Positions 49,495 through 59,399 of a stretch of DNA of 64,000 nt are shown here, in pieces. Each line of letters opens with the position of its first letter. Within the stretch, counting starts at the first letter, position 1. The position numbers and the translations under genes were made by a program. The DNA is from Candidatus Ozemobacteraceae bacterium (lineage in GTDB: Bacteria; Muiribacteriota; Ozemobacteria; Ozemobacterales; Ozemobacteraceae), in assembly GCA_965140445.1 (NCBI GenBank), contig OZ223236.1, positions 224,001 to 288,000 on the forward strand. Reading direction: 5' to 3'. The notes beneath the pieces were generated by a model. That model did not search any database, had not been told where the DNA came from, and worked only from the letters and a program-made list of their open reading frames with translations.

Positions 49495-49512
49495 ATGTCT
49501 GCTAACAGACCC

Positions 49513-49662
49513 TTACTTGCCTTCTTTATGAAGAGTATGCATACGTTCAGTATTGCAATACTTCTTCAACTGAATGCGATCTGGATCGTTACGCTTATTT
49601 TTCATAGACATGTAGTTTTTTCTCTTGCAGCTAGTGCAAATCAAAGTAATTTTCTCACGCAT
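49513..49662 (-). CDS. rpmG: 50S ribosomal protein L33 (not in the ORF track)
   Basis: Hand translation [56 protein letters not shown]. Confidence 0.97.
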   Translation of the reverse strand: MREKITLICTSCKRKNYMSMKNKRNDPDRIQLKKYCNTERMHTLHKEGK

Positions 49663-49677
49663 AACGGTACCTCGCTT

Positions 49678-49737
49678 AAAAAAGCCGACTTGGTCGGCTT
49701 TTTTAGATTAATAAGGGGCGGGACTAACCCGCCCCTT
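49678..49737 (-). terminator. Two tandem hairpins between tuf and rpmG; the second has a U tail
   Basis: AAGGGGCGGG/CCCGCCCCTT at 49713-49737 and A6-GCCGAC/GTCGGC-T6 at 49678-49704. Confidence 0.7.
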
Positions 49738-49751
49738 GAGAAAGTTGCTAA

Positions 49752-50942
49752 TTATTCAACGATCTTAGTAACAACACCAGCGCCTACTGTGCGGCCGCCT
49801 TCACGAATTGCGAAGCGAAGTCCTTCTTCACAGGCGATAGGAGTGATGAGTTCGCATTGGAATTCAGCGCGATCTCCAGGCATAACCATTTCCTTGCCTT
49901 CTCCAAGCTGAACAACACCAGTCACGTCAGTTGTTCTGAAGTAGAACTGTGGTCTGTAGCCAGAGAAGAATGGAGTATGACGTCCGCCTTCTTCTTTACT
50001 CAGAATATAAACCTGAGAATGGAAGTTTTTATGAGGAGTGATGCTACCTGGTTTGGCAAGAACCATTCCACGTTCTACATCATTTTTGTCGATACCACGA
50101 AGGAGGATACCACAGTTGTCGCCAGCCTGGCCCTGTTCGAGGAGCTTACGGAACATTTCAACACCAGTTACGGTTGTTTCGCGAGTGTCTCTGATACCAA
50201 CGATCTGAACTTTTTCACCAACTTTGATGATTCCACGTTCAACACGGCCAGTAACAACAGTTCCGCGGCCAGTGATTGTGAAAACGTCTTCGATCGGCAT
50301 CAAGAAAGGCTTATCAAGTGGTCTTTCTGGTTCAGGAATTGATTCGTCAAGAGCTGCCATGAGTTCAGCGATACAAGCTGTATCTGGGCCTTCTCCGCCA
50401 GCCTGAGTAGCTTTAAGAGCAGAACCACGGATAACTGGAACGTCATCGCCTGGGAATTCATATTTGCTGAGGAGTTCACGAACTTCCATGTCTACGAGAT
50501 CAAGGAGTTCAGGATCATCAACTTGGTCAGTTTTGTTAAGGAATACTACGATCGCTGGAACACCAACCTGACGAGCAAGAAGGATGTGTTCGCGAGTCTG
50601 TGGCATTGGACCATCAGTAGCGGCAACAACAAGAATAGCGCCGTCCATCTGAGCAGCACCAGTGATCATATTCTTGATATAATCGGCGTGGCCTGGACAA
50701 TCCACATGAGCGTAGTGACGGATTTCACTTTCATACTCAACGTGAGCAGTATTAATAGTAATACCGCGAGCTTTTTCTTCAGGAGCGGAGTCGATATCTT
50801 CATAATTCTTGATATCGCTGCCAAATTTTTTAGCCTGAGTCATTGTGATTGCAGCGGTAAGTGTAGTTTTACCATGATCGATGTGACCAATAGTTCCTAC
50901 GTTTACATGCGGTTTGGTTCTTACAAAAGTTTCTTTAGCCAT
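49752..50942 (-). CDS. tuf: Elongation factor Tu
   Basis: [21 protein letters not shown] and GGRTVGAG. Confidence 0.99.
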   Translation of the reverse strand: MAKETFVRTKPHVNVGTIGHIDHGKTTLTAAITMTQAKKFGSDIKNYEDIDSAPEEKARGITINTAHVEYESEIRHYAHVDCPGHADYIKNMITGAAQMDGAILVVAATDGPMPQTREHILLARQVGVPAIVVFLNKTDQVDDPELLDLVDMEVRELLSKYEFPGDDVPVIRGSALKATQAGGEGPDTACIAELMAALDESIPEPERPLDKPFLMPIEDVFTITGRGTVVTGRVERGIIKVGEKVQIVGIRDTRETTVTGVEMFRKLLEQGQAGDNCGILLRGIDKNDVERGMVLAKPGSITPHKNFHSQVYILSKEEGGRHTPFFSGYRPQFYFRTTDVTGVVQLGEGKEMVMPGDRAEFQCELITPIACEEGLRFAIREGGRTVGAGVVTKIVE

Positions 50943-51002
50943 GTGGCGTGTCCTCCTGAAAAATTATAGGAAATCATTTTTCAATTTAAATTCACTAATA
51001 AA

Positions 51003-51075
51003 AGCCTGCGACCGGGATTGAACCGGTGACCTCTTGCTTACCATGCAAGTGCTCTACCGTCTGAGCTACACAGGC
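51003..51075 (-). tRNA. tRNA-Thr (GGT)
   Basis: GCCTGTG...CGCAGGC-T with anticodon arm CTTGC-ATGGTAA-GCAAG. Confidence 0.96.
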
Positions 51076-51081
51076 AACCAA

Positions 51082-51164
51082 TGGAGAGTGGTGGATTCGA
51101 ACCACCGAAGGCGCTAGCCAACAGATTTACAGTCTGCCCCCTTTAGCCACTCGGGCAACTCTCC
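51082..51164 (-). tRNA. tRNA-Tyr (GTA)
   Basis: GGAGAGT...ACTCTCC-A with GCAGA-CTGTAAA-TCTGT and a long variable arm. Confidence 0.97.
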
Positions 51165-51173
51165 GTTTTAGCC

Positions 51174-51246
51174 AGCCGGCAATGGGACTCGAACCCGCAA
51201 CCTGCTGATTACAAATCAGCTGCTCTGCCAATTGAGCTATGCCGGC
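51174..51246 (-). tRNA. tRNA-Thr (TGT)
   Basis: GCCGGCA...TGCCGGC-T with GCTGA-TTTGTAA-TCAGC. Confidence 0.97.
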
Positions 51247-51293
51247 GGCTTCAGTTCGCTAAGGAACTGTACCGTTTCAAACGGTATTGAAGG

Positions 51294-51322
51294 ATTATAA
51301 AGAACGCGGAAGTAAAAGTCAA
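51294..51322 (-). promoter_or_regulatory. Strong sigma70 promoter of the tRNA-tuf operon
   Basis: TTGACT-N17-TATAAT with an A/T-rich upstream stretch. Confidence 0.85.
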
Positions 51323-51330
51323 CAATTTTT

Positions 51331-52293
51331 TTAAACTTTTTTAAAAAAATCCTTTTGTCTTAGTATTTCGTAGAGTACAACCGCTGTACTGACTGACACA
51401 TTAAGCGAAGAAGTCTTCCCATTTAATGGAATAGCAACAACATCATCGCAAACCTTTTTTATTCTTGGGCCAATTCCAGTGTCTTCACCTCCTGCGATGA
51501 GAACAATCTTCCCACTGTACCGCAAAGAAGTATAATCTTTATCAGCATCCCCATCCAAGCCAACTGCCCAAAAACCTGCCTTTTTGACTTTTTCGATGCT
51601 GTCTCCAAGATTGGTAACACGAGCGACGGGAAGAATAGAAGCGGCACCCTGAGCTGTTCTAATAGCCCACTCAGTCATTCCTGCTGATCTAAGTTTTGGG
51701 ATTATAATTCCATCACACCCGGATGCCTCTACTGTTCGAACTATAGCTCCAAGATTTCTGGCATCTTCAACGCAATTAAGAGCAATAATAACCCCAGCGC
51801 CCTCATTTGAGATATTAACAAGTTCTTCAAGGGTACAATAATCAAAGGCTCCCCCTATGGCAACGACCCCCTGAGAATCTGTTCCAAATTTCTTTTTAAA
51901 AACGTCGCCGGAAAGTTCTTTAAAAGGGATGTTTCGACCTTTTGCCATCTCCCTTAATTCAATTAAAAGAGGACTTTTCATAGTGGAGTTAACAAAAACG
52001 GTTTCAATTGTCTGCTCGCTCTTTAGAGCCTGCAGCACTTCATGACGACCTTTTAAAATCACCTTATCATCTTCTTCTCTGACATCAGAGTAATTATCTA
52101 CAGGAGCATCTTTTGTCTGCTTTTTACGATAATCAACAGATTTTTCAGCATGTCGAGGCTTAAAAGCTTCTCCAGAACGCGAATCATTCCCTTTATGTCT
52201 GCGACCTTCTCCAACCTTTTTTCGACCTTCGCCGAAACTTGATTCATTTTTTTTCTTAAAATTCTGCTTACCAGCCGGAGTGTTCTTTCTCAT
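51331..52293 (-). CDS. rlmB: 23S rRNA Gm2251 methyltransferase (SPOUT) with a basic N-terminal extension
   Basis: ED.RNLGAIVRT, GGED.G and SLNVSVS; cysS-mrnC-rlmB synteny. Confidence 0.9.
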   Translation of the reverse strand: MRKNTPAGKQNFKKKNESSFGEGRKKVGEGRRHKGNDSRSGEAFKPRHAEKSVDYRKKQTKDAPVDNYSDVREEDDKVILKGRHEVLQALKSEQTIETVFVNSTMKSPLLIELREMAKGRNIPFKELSGDVFKKKFGTDSQGVVAIGGAFDYCTLEELVNISNEGAGVIIALNCVEDARNLGAIVRTVEASGCDGIIIPKLRSAGMTEWAIRTAQGAASILPVARVTNLGDSIEKVKKAGFWAVGLDGDADKDYTSLRYSGKIVLIAGGEDTGIGPRIKKVCDDVVAIPLNGKTSSLNVSVSTAVVLYEILRQKDFFKKV

Positions 52294-52733
52294 TTTCCCA
52301 ATTCCTCCAAAGCATAATCAAATAGCTTTTCCAGGGGTTCCTTTTTGCCAGTTAAAAATAAATATGCCACATAGGCTTCAATAGCTGTTGCTCTGGCATA
52401 CTCACCTTTTGTTCCAGATCCGTATCTGGAAGGCATTTTTGCATTTCGCCAGGTTTTAACAAGCTGCTGTTCTTCTTCACATAAAGTCGGAAAGATTTTT
52501 TCAAAAAGCTTGGCCTGGGCAGAGGAACTGACAAAAGCTACAAGCGAATCATGAAGTCGCCCAGCATCATCCATTCCCTTTCTAACGTGAGCTAACCGCA
52601 TTCCAAGCTCAAATACTGAATCTCCGATATACGCAAGCGTTCTAGAAGGAATCCGGACCACTTGGTCCGGATTCCAGTTTTGTTTAAGACTGAAGATATC
52701 AGAGCCTTCAAGCAACTCTTTTTTTACTTCCAT
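52290..52733 (-). CDS. mrnC: Mini-ribonuclease III
   Basis: LAYIGDSVFEL, VSS.AQA, RNAK and Y..ATA.EA. Confidence 0.88.
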   Translation of the reverse strand: MEVKKELLEGSDIFSLKQNWNPDQVVRIPSRTLAYIGDSVFELGMRLAHVRKGMDDAGRLHDSLVAFVSSSAQAKLFEKIFPTLCEEEQQLVKTWRNAKMPSRYGSGTKGEYARATAIEAYVAYLFLTGKKEPLEKLFDYALEELGK

Positions 52734-52737
52734 ATTG

Positions 52738-54186
52738 TCAGGCTTTTCTCCATCGAGTTCCCTCTTTGGTGTCCTCGATAAGTATTCCGCCCTCTTTTAA
52801 CCTGTCGCGTATAGCGTCAGCAACATCATATTTTTTAGCCGCTTTCATGTCTTTGCGAAGTTCCATGATGATATCCATAACCGGACCAAGATCTAATCCA
52901 TCACTGTCTTTTTTCACTTCGGGAAGAATCCCGAGGATACTTCCGCCCCAGGTTTGGATCAAATCCAGCATCTTTTGAGCCGTTTTTGATGACAGGCTTG
53001 AGGAGCTGATAAACTTATTTGCATTTGTTACAAAACCATATAGACAAGCAATTGCACCAGGAGTATCAAGATCATCATCCATTCTTTCACGAATAGCAGC
53101 ATCAACTTCTTCACATAACTTTAATGCTTCGCTATCCGAAGTTCCTGCTTCAACATTTTTTTCGATTAGTTCTATAAAAGCTGTCTGAAGCTGGCTCAAT
53201 CTGGTCAGACCACTCTCTGTAGCTCCAATAGCGTCTTCCGTATAGTTAGAAGGTGATCTATAATGTGTTGACAAAAGAAATGCCCGAATAGCTTCAGGTG
53301 AATGCAAAGCCATAAGATCTTCGCAGGTTTTGAAATTTCCGAGAGATTTTCCCATTTTGACGCCATCTACGGTAACCATGTTGTTATGAACCCAATATTT
53401 ACAGAAAGGCTTACCATTTAAACTCTCTGACTGAGCTATTTCACATTCGTGATGAGGGAATTTATTTTCAAGCCCACCACCATGAATATCAATTGTTTCA
53501 CCAATATATTTGGTGGCCATAACAGAACACTCTATATGCCACCCTGGATAACCTTCACCCCATGGTGAATTCCACTTTAAAATGTGCTCAGGTTCTGCTT
53601 TTTTCCATAGAGCAAAATCCGCAGGATGTTTTTTATCAGATCTGGCTTCAACTCTGACCGCCTCTTTCTGATCATCTAATTTCCTGCCAGAAAGCTTTCC
53701 ATAACCAGGAAACGAAGTTACATCAAAATAAACATTTCCAGCAACTTCGTAGGCATTACCTTTTTCAATAAGCTTTTCTATTGCTTCAATCTGTTCACCA
53801 ATGTGCTGGCTGGCTCTGACATAAAAGTTTGGGTGATCAAGTCTGAGCTTTTCCATATCGTTAAGATATTGTCTAGTCCATTTATCAACGATTTCATAAG
53901 GATGAACCTTATCTAAGCGTGCCTGCTTCTGAATTTTATCTTCGCCAGAATCAGCGTCATCAGTTAAATGACCAACGTCGGTTATGTTCTGTACATATCT
54001 TACTTTTAACCCAGTAAATCTCATGTATTTAACAAGAACATCAAAAGTAATGTAACTTTTGGCATGTCCTAAATGTGGAGGTCCATAAACAGTTGGGCCA
54101 CAAACATAAATACCGACCTGGCCTTCCTGAGCCGGAACAAATTCTTCTTTTTGTCTGTTGAGTGAATTATAGAGTGTTAAAGACAT
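52738..54186 (-). CDS. cysS: Cysteine--tRNA ligase
   Basis: CGPTVY..PHLGH, DFALWK, PGWHIEC and KMGKSLGN. GGAGG RBS before ATG 54186. Confidence 0.98.
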   Translation of the reverse strand: MSLTLYNSLNRQKEEFVPAQEGQVGIYVCGPTVYGPPHLGHAKSYITFDVLVKYMRFTGLKVRYVQNITDVGHLTDDADSGEDKIQKQARLDKVHPYEIVDKWTRQYLNDMEKLRLDHPNFYVRASQHIGEQIEAIEKLIEKGNAYEVAGNVYFDVTSFPGYGKLSGRKLDDQKEAVRVEARSDKKHPADFALWKKAEPEHILKWNSPWGEGYPGWHIECSVMATKYIGETIDIHGGGLENKFPHHECEIAQSESLNGKPFCKYWVHNNMVTVDGVKMGKSLGNFKTCEDLMALHSPEAIRAFLLSTHYRSPSNYTEDAIGATESGLTRLSQLQTAFIELIEKNVEAGTSDSEALKLCEEVDAAIRERMDDDLDTPGAIACLYGFVTNANKFISSSSLSSKTAQKMLDLIQTWGGSILGILPEVKKDSDGLDLGPVMDIIMELRKDMKAAKKYDVADAIRDRLKEGGILIEDTKEGTRWRKA

Positions 54187-54412
54187 TGGAGCCTCCAATT
54201 GTTTCAATTAAGAACAAATCTTAAAATAATTTAGAGGTTGATAATACCATAATTGCGTCCATGGTAAAAACTTCAAATATTTCTTCTTAAAAACCATTTG
54301 TTCATAGGCTAATAGAAAGGGTCCAATATTTTTTTATCATGTGCTCCATCTGAGTTTGAAATTTGCCGATATTTAAGGTAAGAAATATTAATAAGGAGCA
54401 CAAACCGCCACA

Positions 54413-54601
54413 ATGACCAACTCAGAAAACATATTAGATCTATTAGCTGAAGGCGCAACGTTTAAGGACCTGGAAAACCAGTTTGGCTATACCAAAAAGG
54501 ATTTCCTTACCGCCGCTCTTTTTGGTGTAGCTGAGCTCCGGGAAGAATACATGGAATTATTAAAAAAATACGGCAAGTTCAAAAAAGACCGCCTAAAATA
54601 G
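54413..54601 (+). CDS. Small protein resembling the helical half of DUF433
   Basis: AAGGAG RBS; ILDLLAEGAT..DL......D..AAL.F pattern. Confidence 0.55.
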   Translation: MTNSENILDLLAEGATFKDLENQFGYTKKDFLTAALFGVAELREEYMELLKKYGKFKKDRLK

Positions 54602-54602
54602 A

Positions 54603-54638
54603 AAACCGGCTAATCACACTTAAGTAAAAAGCCGGTTT
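54603..54638. terminator. Hairpin between two convergent small ORFs
   Basis: AAACCGGCT...AGCCGGTTT with a long loop. Confidence 0.45.
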
Positions 54639-54653
54639 AATCAGGCAATTTTT

Positions 54654-54740
54654 TTAATCTGAGAGATAACCATATACATATCCAGCAAAAGCACAGATAC
54701 TTACGATCATTGCCCACCAAATAAATCTGAATATAGACAT
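54654..54740 (-). CDS. Putative 28-aa single-TM small protein (not in the ORF track)
   Basis: GGAGGA-tttt-ATG; translates to MSIFRFIWWAMIVSICAFAGYVYGYLSD. Confidence 0.55.
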   Translation of the reverse strand: MSIFRFIWWAMIVSICAFAGYVYGYLSD

Positions 54741-54824
54741 AAAATCCTCCATGGGATTAAAATTTATTAATACGATAATAGCATAGCAAATTATATGCGT
54801 CAAAGCCATAAAAGGAATAACAGG

Positions 54825-56459
54825 ATGAAAAAAGGAAACGGGATCAAAGCTCTTGCCCTTTCAATATTATTATTTTCAGCTTCCAGCACCCCGGTTTTAT
54901 CATTTGATAACACCAATATCTTGGTTGAAGAAGCTGTAAATCATATATATCAACAACGATATAAAAAAGCTCACCAAACTTTGAAAGAAGCTTATGAAAA
55001 ATCCCCAAGACATCCTGGAGTTCATTTTAATCTGGGAAGGCTCTTCGAATTAACAGGCAATTTTGATGAAGCTTTAAAAGAATATCGCCTTGCCGCCACC
55101 CTGGACACGTCAATGGTAGCCGCTCGCCGAGGAATTGCACGATGTGGCGTTGAGGTAAAACGACGAAAAGCCATGCAGGCAAAATCTCCTAAAATTACCG
55201 TGCAAAGTCAATCAGCACCAATAGTAAAAAGTCAGCCGCCTGCTCAAGAACAACCCTCACGAATAATTGTTCAAAACCAGACAAAACAGCCAGCTCCCCC
55301 TTCAATACAGCTGCCAGAAATTCCACGACTTCCCCAGATGAATACCGGAAGCAACAAACTTCCACCACTTCCAACGCAGATTATTCAGCGGGACAATAAT
55401 AAGACCGCAACGGAAAACAAAGCAGAAAGGCTAATTAACGAGGGAAAAACCGAGCAGGCTATTGCAGAGCTGAATAAAGCCCTTCACCAAAACCCAGACA
55501 GTGCAAATGCACACTTTCTTATGGGAAAAGCCCTAAGTCTGACCTCAGACCTATTTGGATCAATAAAACATCTTGAGGAAGCCATTCGCGTTGATGAAAA
55601 AACTTTCGACGCCTATTTTCTGCTTGGTCGAAACTACGCAAAAGTAAACCTTCTTGAAGATGCTATAAAAAATTATCAAATCTACTATGGAGTTAAACCT
55701 CAAGCTTCTGTAGCACTGGAAATTGCCAGAATATATGAAAACATGGGCAAACTCGATCTTGCCAAAAGCTATTATTCAAAAGCAAATGCAATGAACCCGG
55801 GCAATCCGAATCTTCAGTCACGCCTTTCTCAAACAACAGGCAACCTTGCCAACGACTTGTATTTGAGAGGGAACCATGCTTTCACTGTCGGCCTCCATAA
55901 AGAAGCAATTAATCTATTTCAGCAAGCGCTAAATACAAAAGGCCTTCAAGAAACATATAGACGCGATGCGATAAGAAAAATTGAAGTTGCCAGATTTAAG
56001 ATCAACCAATTGGTCGAGCAACAGAAGCCTGCAAAAGAAGGATTCCAAGCCTCAAGGAAAATATATGGGACAGTCAATCTCAGGTATTCACAACTTGCCG
56101 ATATAAATTTTAAAACTCGTTTTACAGGGCCAATCACAGTTGAATGGACTGGATATATTTCCAGGATCATCAGCAGACATGGAAGGGATTTCCTTCTAAT
56201 GATAAAAGAATTAAGTCGGGATGAACTTGATGAAATGAATCGTGATCGCAATGATTACAGACTTAATAAACACTTTAATAATCAGCCCGTTTTCCTGGTT
56301 GGAGCTCCGAAAGGCAAACTACCAAAATTTGCAAAAGCCGGAAAAGTAATTACTTTTACAGGCACAACCGACTGGAGATTTTACAGTGTAATTAATGATA
56401 TGGGCCAATCAGTAAATCTGCCATCATTCGATTATGTGGCAGGTTTTCCAGAAAGATAA
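54825..56459 (+). CDS. Exported TPR protein with Pro/Gln linker and C-terminal beta domain
   Basis: Signal peptide from MKKGNG; TPRs HFNLGRLFE, AHFLMGKAL and AYFLLGRNY. Confidence 0.85.
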   Translation: MKKGNGIKALALSILLFSASSTPVLSFDNTNILVEEAVNHIYQQRYKKAHQTLKEAYEKSPRHPGVHFNLGRLFELTGNFDEALKEYRLAATLDTSMVAARRGIARCGVEVKRRKAMQAKSPKITVQSQSAPIVKSQPPAQEQPSRIIVQNQTKQPAPPSIQLPEIPRLPQMNTGSNKLPPLPTQIIQRDNNKTATENKAERLINEGKTEQAIAELNKALHQNPDSANAHFLMGKALSLTSDLFGSIKHLEEAIRVDEKTFDAYFLLGRNYAKVNLLEDAIKNYQIYYGVKPQASVALEIARIYENMGKLDLAKSYYSKANAMNPGNPNLQSRLSQTTGNLANDLYLRGNHAFTVGLHKEAINLFQQALNTKGLQETYRRDAIRKIEVARFKINQLVEQQKPAKEGFQASRKIYGTVNLRYSQLADINFKTRFTGPITVEWTGYISRIISRHGRDFLLMIKELSRDELDEMNRDRNDYRLNKHFNNQPVFLVGAPKGKLPKFAKAGKVITFTGTTDWRFYSVINDMGQSVNLPSFDYVAGFPER

Positions 56460-56474
56460 TCAAAAAAATTAATC

Positions 56475-58238
56475 TTACAGATCCCTAACCGAGGTGACCA
56501 GGTCAGAAATATTAAAGCAAACATTGCTTCCAACTGAGCTTTTTAATCTCGCATCATAACCAATTGAAATTCTTTTTGGCATTATCAAGGGCCCGTCTTC
56601 CCCTTTTTGCCGATTTAGCTTTTCAACAACCAGATTTCCGGTAATATCAAATTGTTCACCGCCAATTATGCTATTTTTGGCATAAATAGCAGCTTCAACG
56701 CTGACATTTTTAACCCCTTTTGCTGGTTTTACAGCTCCATTTAAAGCAACTAGAGAAAGAAAGGAATCGATTCCATCGTATTGAACTGAATCTGTAATAA
56801 AAATATTCCCTGTGGTTACAATCATTCCTTTTCCAGAAACTCGACCGCCAATATATACATCTCCCTGAGTATAAATTATTCCCCAAATTGGAACAGCTTT
56901 AACATCAGTTCCTTGATAGTAGAGATCTTTTTCATAAAACTCATGGCAGAAATTTTTTGCATCTTTTTTTATTCTTGCCAACTGTAGAGGTTGAAGTTTA
57001 TCCGGATATCTTGAAACAAAATCAAATTTTGTATTGATTGTATAAGGATCGGAACTTGGATATGGGGTCTCGGTTATACCAAGAACATATGGCTTAAGCT
57101 TCTGGTAATACCTGATAATTTCACCTTCATAATAGGTATATTTACTTAGGTAAGGATCGTGCAGCTGATTGTGACAAAAAAGATAGCCAATCTCTGGTCT
57201 TTGGTGTGAAAAGATCGAGTTATCTTCAAAATAATTAATAATGTCATCAGCAGCGAAAAATGGAAGATAAACATGTAACCGGCCATTTGTTCTTACTTTT
57301 CCCCAAAGATACGGATGAAGTTTTTGAATCGTTGTATCAACAAAATCTTTAATTTTGATATCAGTTGCGGAGGTAACCAACTTTCTGATTACGTTCAGGG
57401 TTTTCATTTTAATTTCGCCTTCAAAACTGACATTCGAAGACATATTTGGTTCCCAGAACAATTCAGAAGCTGTATTTCCCATAGTTTCGTGGAATGCGCC
57501 TTTGGTTTTCTTATCAAGATCACCAACAAGGTGTTTTAAGGTTCTATCAACTGACCAGTTTCTACAGCGAAATTCGCCTTTTCTTAAATATTCATCCCCT
57601 CTATCAGCAATAAATAAAGTGTAATTTTCTCCTGGAGGTGTTAAATCAGCCACTTTAAGCTCTTTAACTACTTCTAACTTTCTTTCAGTGTAAGAACCTT
57701 TATGTAAAGAGCTCCTGTAACGTCCAACAGCCTCAAATCTTAAAGCACCTTCCCATCCTCCCAGGGCTTTATCAGCATATGTATCGCGATTCTCTTTTCG
57801 ATAAATCTTTAATGGCGAAGGAACCATTTCGTATTCGTCAATATAAGTTTTAAAAGGAGTCAGCTTTAAATCGTTAACTTCAACAATTACCTCTGCTGAT
57901 CCTCCTTTTATAACTTCTCCATCTTTAATTTGAATTTTCAAGCTGAAGTTCTCAGCTCTGTCAACATCTAGCAAAGATAGAATTCTATCGTTAACCTCAC
58001 CGTCAGAGTCCAAAAGTTTTTCAGAAAAAAGCTTTCTCATCTCAATCATAGCTTTTTCTATAGCGGCTTCAGCCAGATAATATGCCTGGAGATTTTCTCC
58101 AAGCTTGGCAGTCTGAGCACGCTCCTGCCCCATATAGTTAATAAGCATCATACCAAGCAGATACAAAATGCCTACAACCGTAAGTAAAAGAAACATCGCG
58201 CTTCCTTTTTTGGGGCTCAATTTCCTGAAAAACTTCAT
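56475..58238 (-). CDS. PilX/GspK-like large minor pilin
   Basis: Class III-like leader KKG|SAMFLLL (no Glu+5), QAYYLAEAAIE, and a C-terminal beta-helix-like G-x-I repeat region. Confidence 0.7.
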   Translation of the reverse strand: MKFFRKLSPKKGSAMFLLLTVVGILYLLGMMLINYMGQERAQTAKLGENLQAYYLAEAAIEKAMIEMRKLFSEKLLDSDGEVNDRILSLLDVDRAENFSLKIQIKDGEVIKGGSAEVIVEVNDLKLTPFKTYIDEYEMVPSPLKIYRKENRDTYADKALGGWEGALRFEAVGRYRSSLHKGSYTERKLEVVKELKVADLTPPGENYTLFIADRGDEYLRKGEFRCRNWSVDRTLKHLVGDLDKKTKGAFHETMGNTASELFWEPNMSSNVSFEGEIKMKTLNVIRKLVTSATDIKIKDFVDTTIQKLHPYLWGKVRTNGRLHVYLPFFAADDIINYFEDNSIFSHQRPEIGYLFCHNQLHDPYLSKYTYYEGEIIRYYQKLKPYVLGITETPYPSSDPYTINTKFDFVSRYPDKLQPLQLARIKKDAKNFCHEFYEKDLYYQGTDVKAVPIWGIIYTQGDVYIGGRVSGKGMIVTTGNIFITDSVQYDGIDSFLSLVALNGAVKPAKGVKNVSVEAAIYAKNSIIGGEQFDITGNLVVEKLNRQKGEDGPLIMPKRISIGYDARLKSSVGSNVCFNISDLVTSVRDL

Positions 58239-58247
58239 TTACTCACC

Positions 58248-59376
58248 TCACTCATCATCGGCAATGCCAAGAGGTTTTTCCCCAGAGGCATGCCATTTCA
58301 GATAGGACTTAATAAATGGATCAATTTCACCGTCCATTACTTTTCTCACATCAGAAGTCTGTTCACCAGTACGCAAGTCTTTAACTAAAGTATAAGGACA
58401 AAACACGTATGACCTAATCTGGCTTCCCCAGGAAATATTTTTCATTTCCCCTTGAATACTTTGAATTTCCTTCTGTTGCTCTTGCCTTTGCAATTCATAC
58501 AGCTTAGCCTTAAGCATTTTTAGTGCTACTTCTCTATTTTGGTGCTGACTTCTTTCTATTTGACAGGCAACTACAATTCCAGTTGGAATATGAGTAATTC
58601 TAACAGCCGAACTTGTTTTGTTTACATGCTGTCCACCTGCACCAGAACTTCTAAAGAAATCAAGTTTCAGATCATCATCTTTGACTTCCACTTCAATATC
58701 ATCTGGCAAAATAGGAAGAACATCAACTGCAGCAAAGCTTGTATGTCTTCTTGCATTTGAATCAAAAGGCGATATTCTTACTAATCGATGAACGCCCTTT
58801 TCAGCTTTCATATATCCATAAGCATATTGCCCTTTAATAAGAATTGTTGCAGCTTTAATCCCCTGCTCCTCTTCCTGAAGGTCAAGAATCTGGAATTTAA
58901 AACCAGCCTTTTCAATATAACGAAGATACATGCGATAAAGCATTGAAGCCCAATCACTCGACTCTGTTCCACCTGCTCCTGGCTTAATAGATAAATAAGT
59001 ATCTGATGCATCATACGGCTCAGACAAAAAGGTTGTCAGCTCTAAATCCTCAATTTTTTTATGAATTGGTTCAAGCTGATCTATTAAGGAGCTAAACATC
59101 GCATCATCTTCTTCAGACTCTGCAATTTCCATCAATTCAACGGTATCTGAAAGCTCTGTTGAAACAGATTCAAAAACTTCACAAGCTTTCTTTAATTCCG
59201 CAATTTTTTGCGAAATACTTTGTGCTTTATTTCTGTCATTCCAGAAATTTGGATTTAATGTTACCGATTCGAGCTCTTCGATTTCTCTGCGCCTGTTGGG
59301 CAGGTCAAAGATGGCTCCCGATGCCGGAGAGCCGAGTTTTCATTTCGCGAATTTTTTCAACGATTTCAAATTCCAC
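58248..59376 (-). CDS. prfB: Peptide chain release factor 2 (programmed +1 frameshift)
   Basis: GTG 59376 with AGGAGG RBS gives 23 codons up to CTT-TGA-C (59310-59304). The +1 frame from 59306 joins the ORF carrying SPF and GGQ motifs. Confidence 0.96.
59304..59319 (-). promoter_or_regulatory. RF2 frameshift cassette
   Basis: Internal SD-like GGGAG, 4 nt, then CTT TGA C. Confidence 0.9.
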
Positions 59377-59399
59377 GGTTAAACCTCCTGAAATTAGAC

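Noticed and set aside
49495..50969. Plus-strand ORFs (138, 161 and 148 aa) overlapping tuf and rpmG
   Set aside because: They are antisense shadows of highly conserved genes, with no RBS or recognisable motifs. The same applies to the shadow ORFs over eno, mscS, srfB, rplL, rplA and secA.
54190..54410. Possible T-box leader upstream of cysS
   Set aside because: No GGTGGNACCGCG T-box motif or terminator/antiterminator is visible.
58248..59376. prfB as a pseudogene or sequencing frameshift
   Set aside because: The break falls exactly at the canonical CTT-TGA-C programmed frameshift site.
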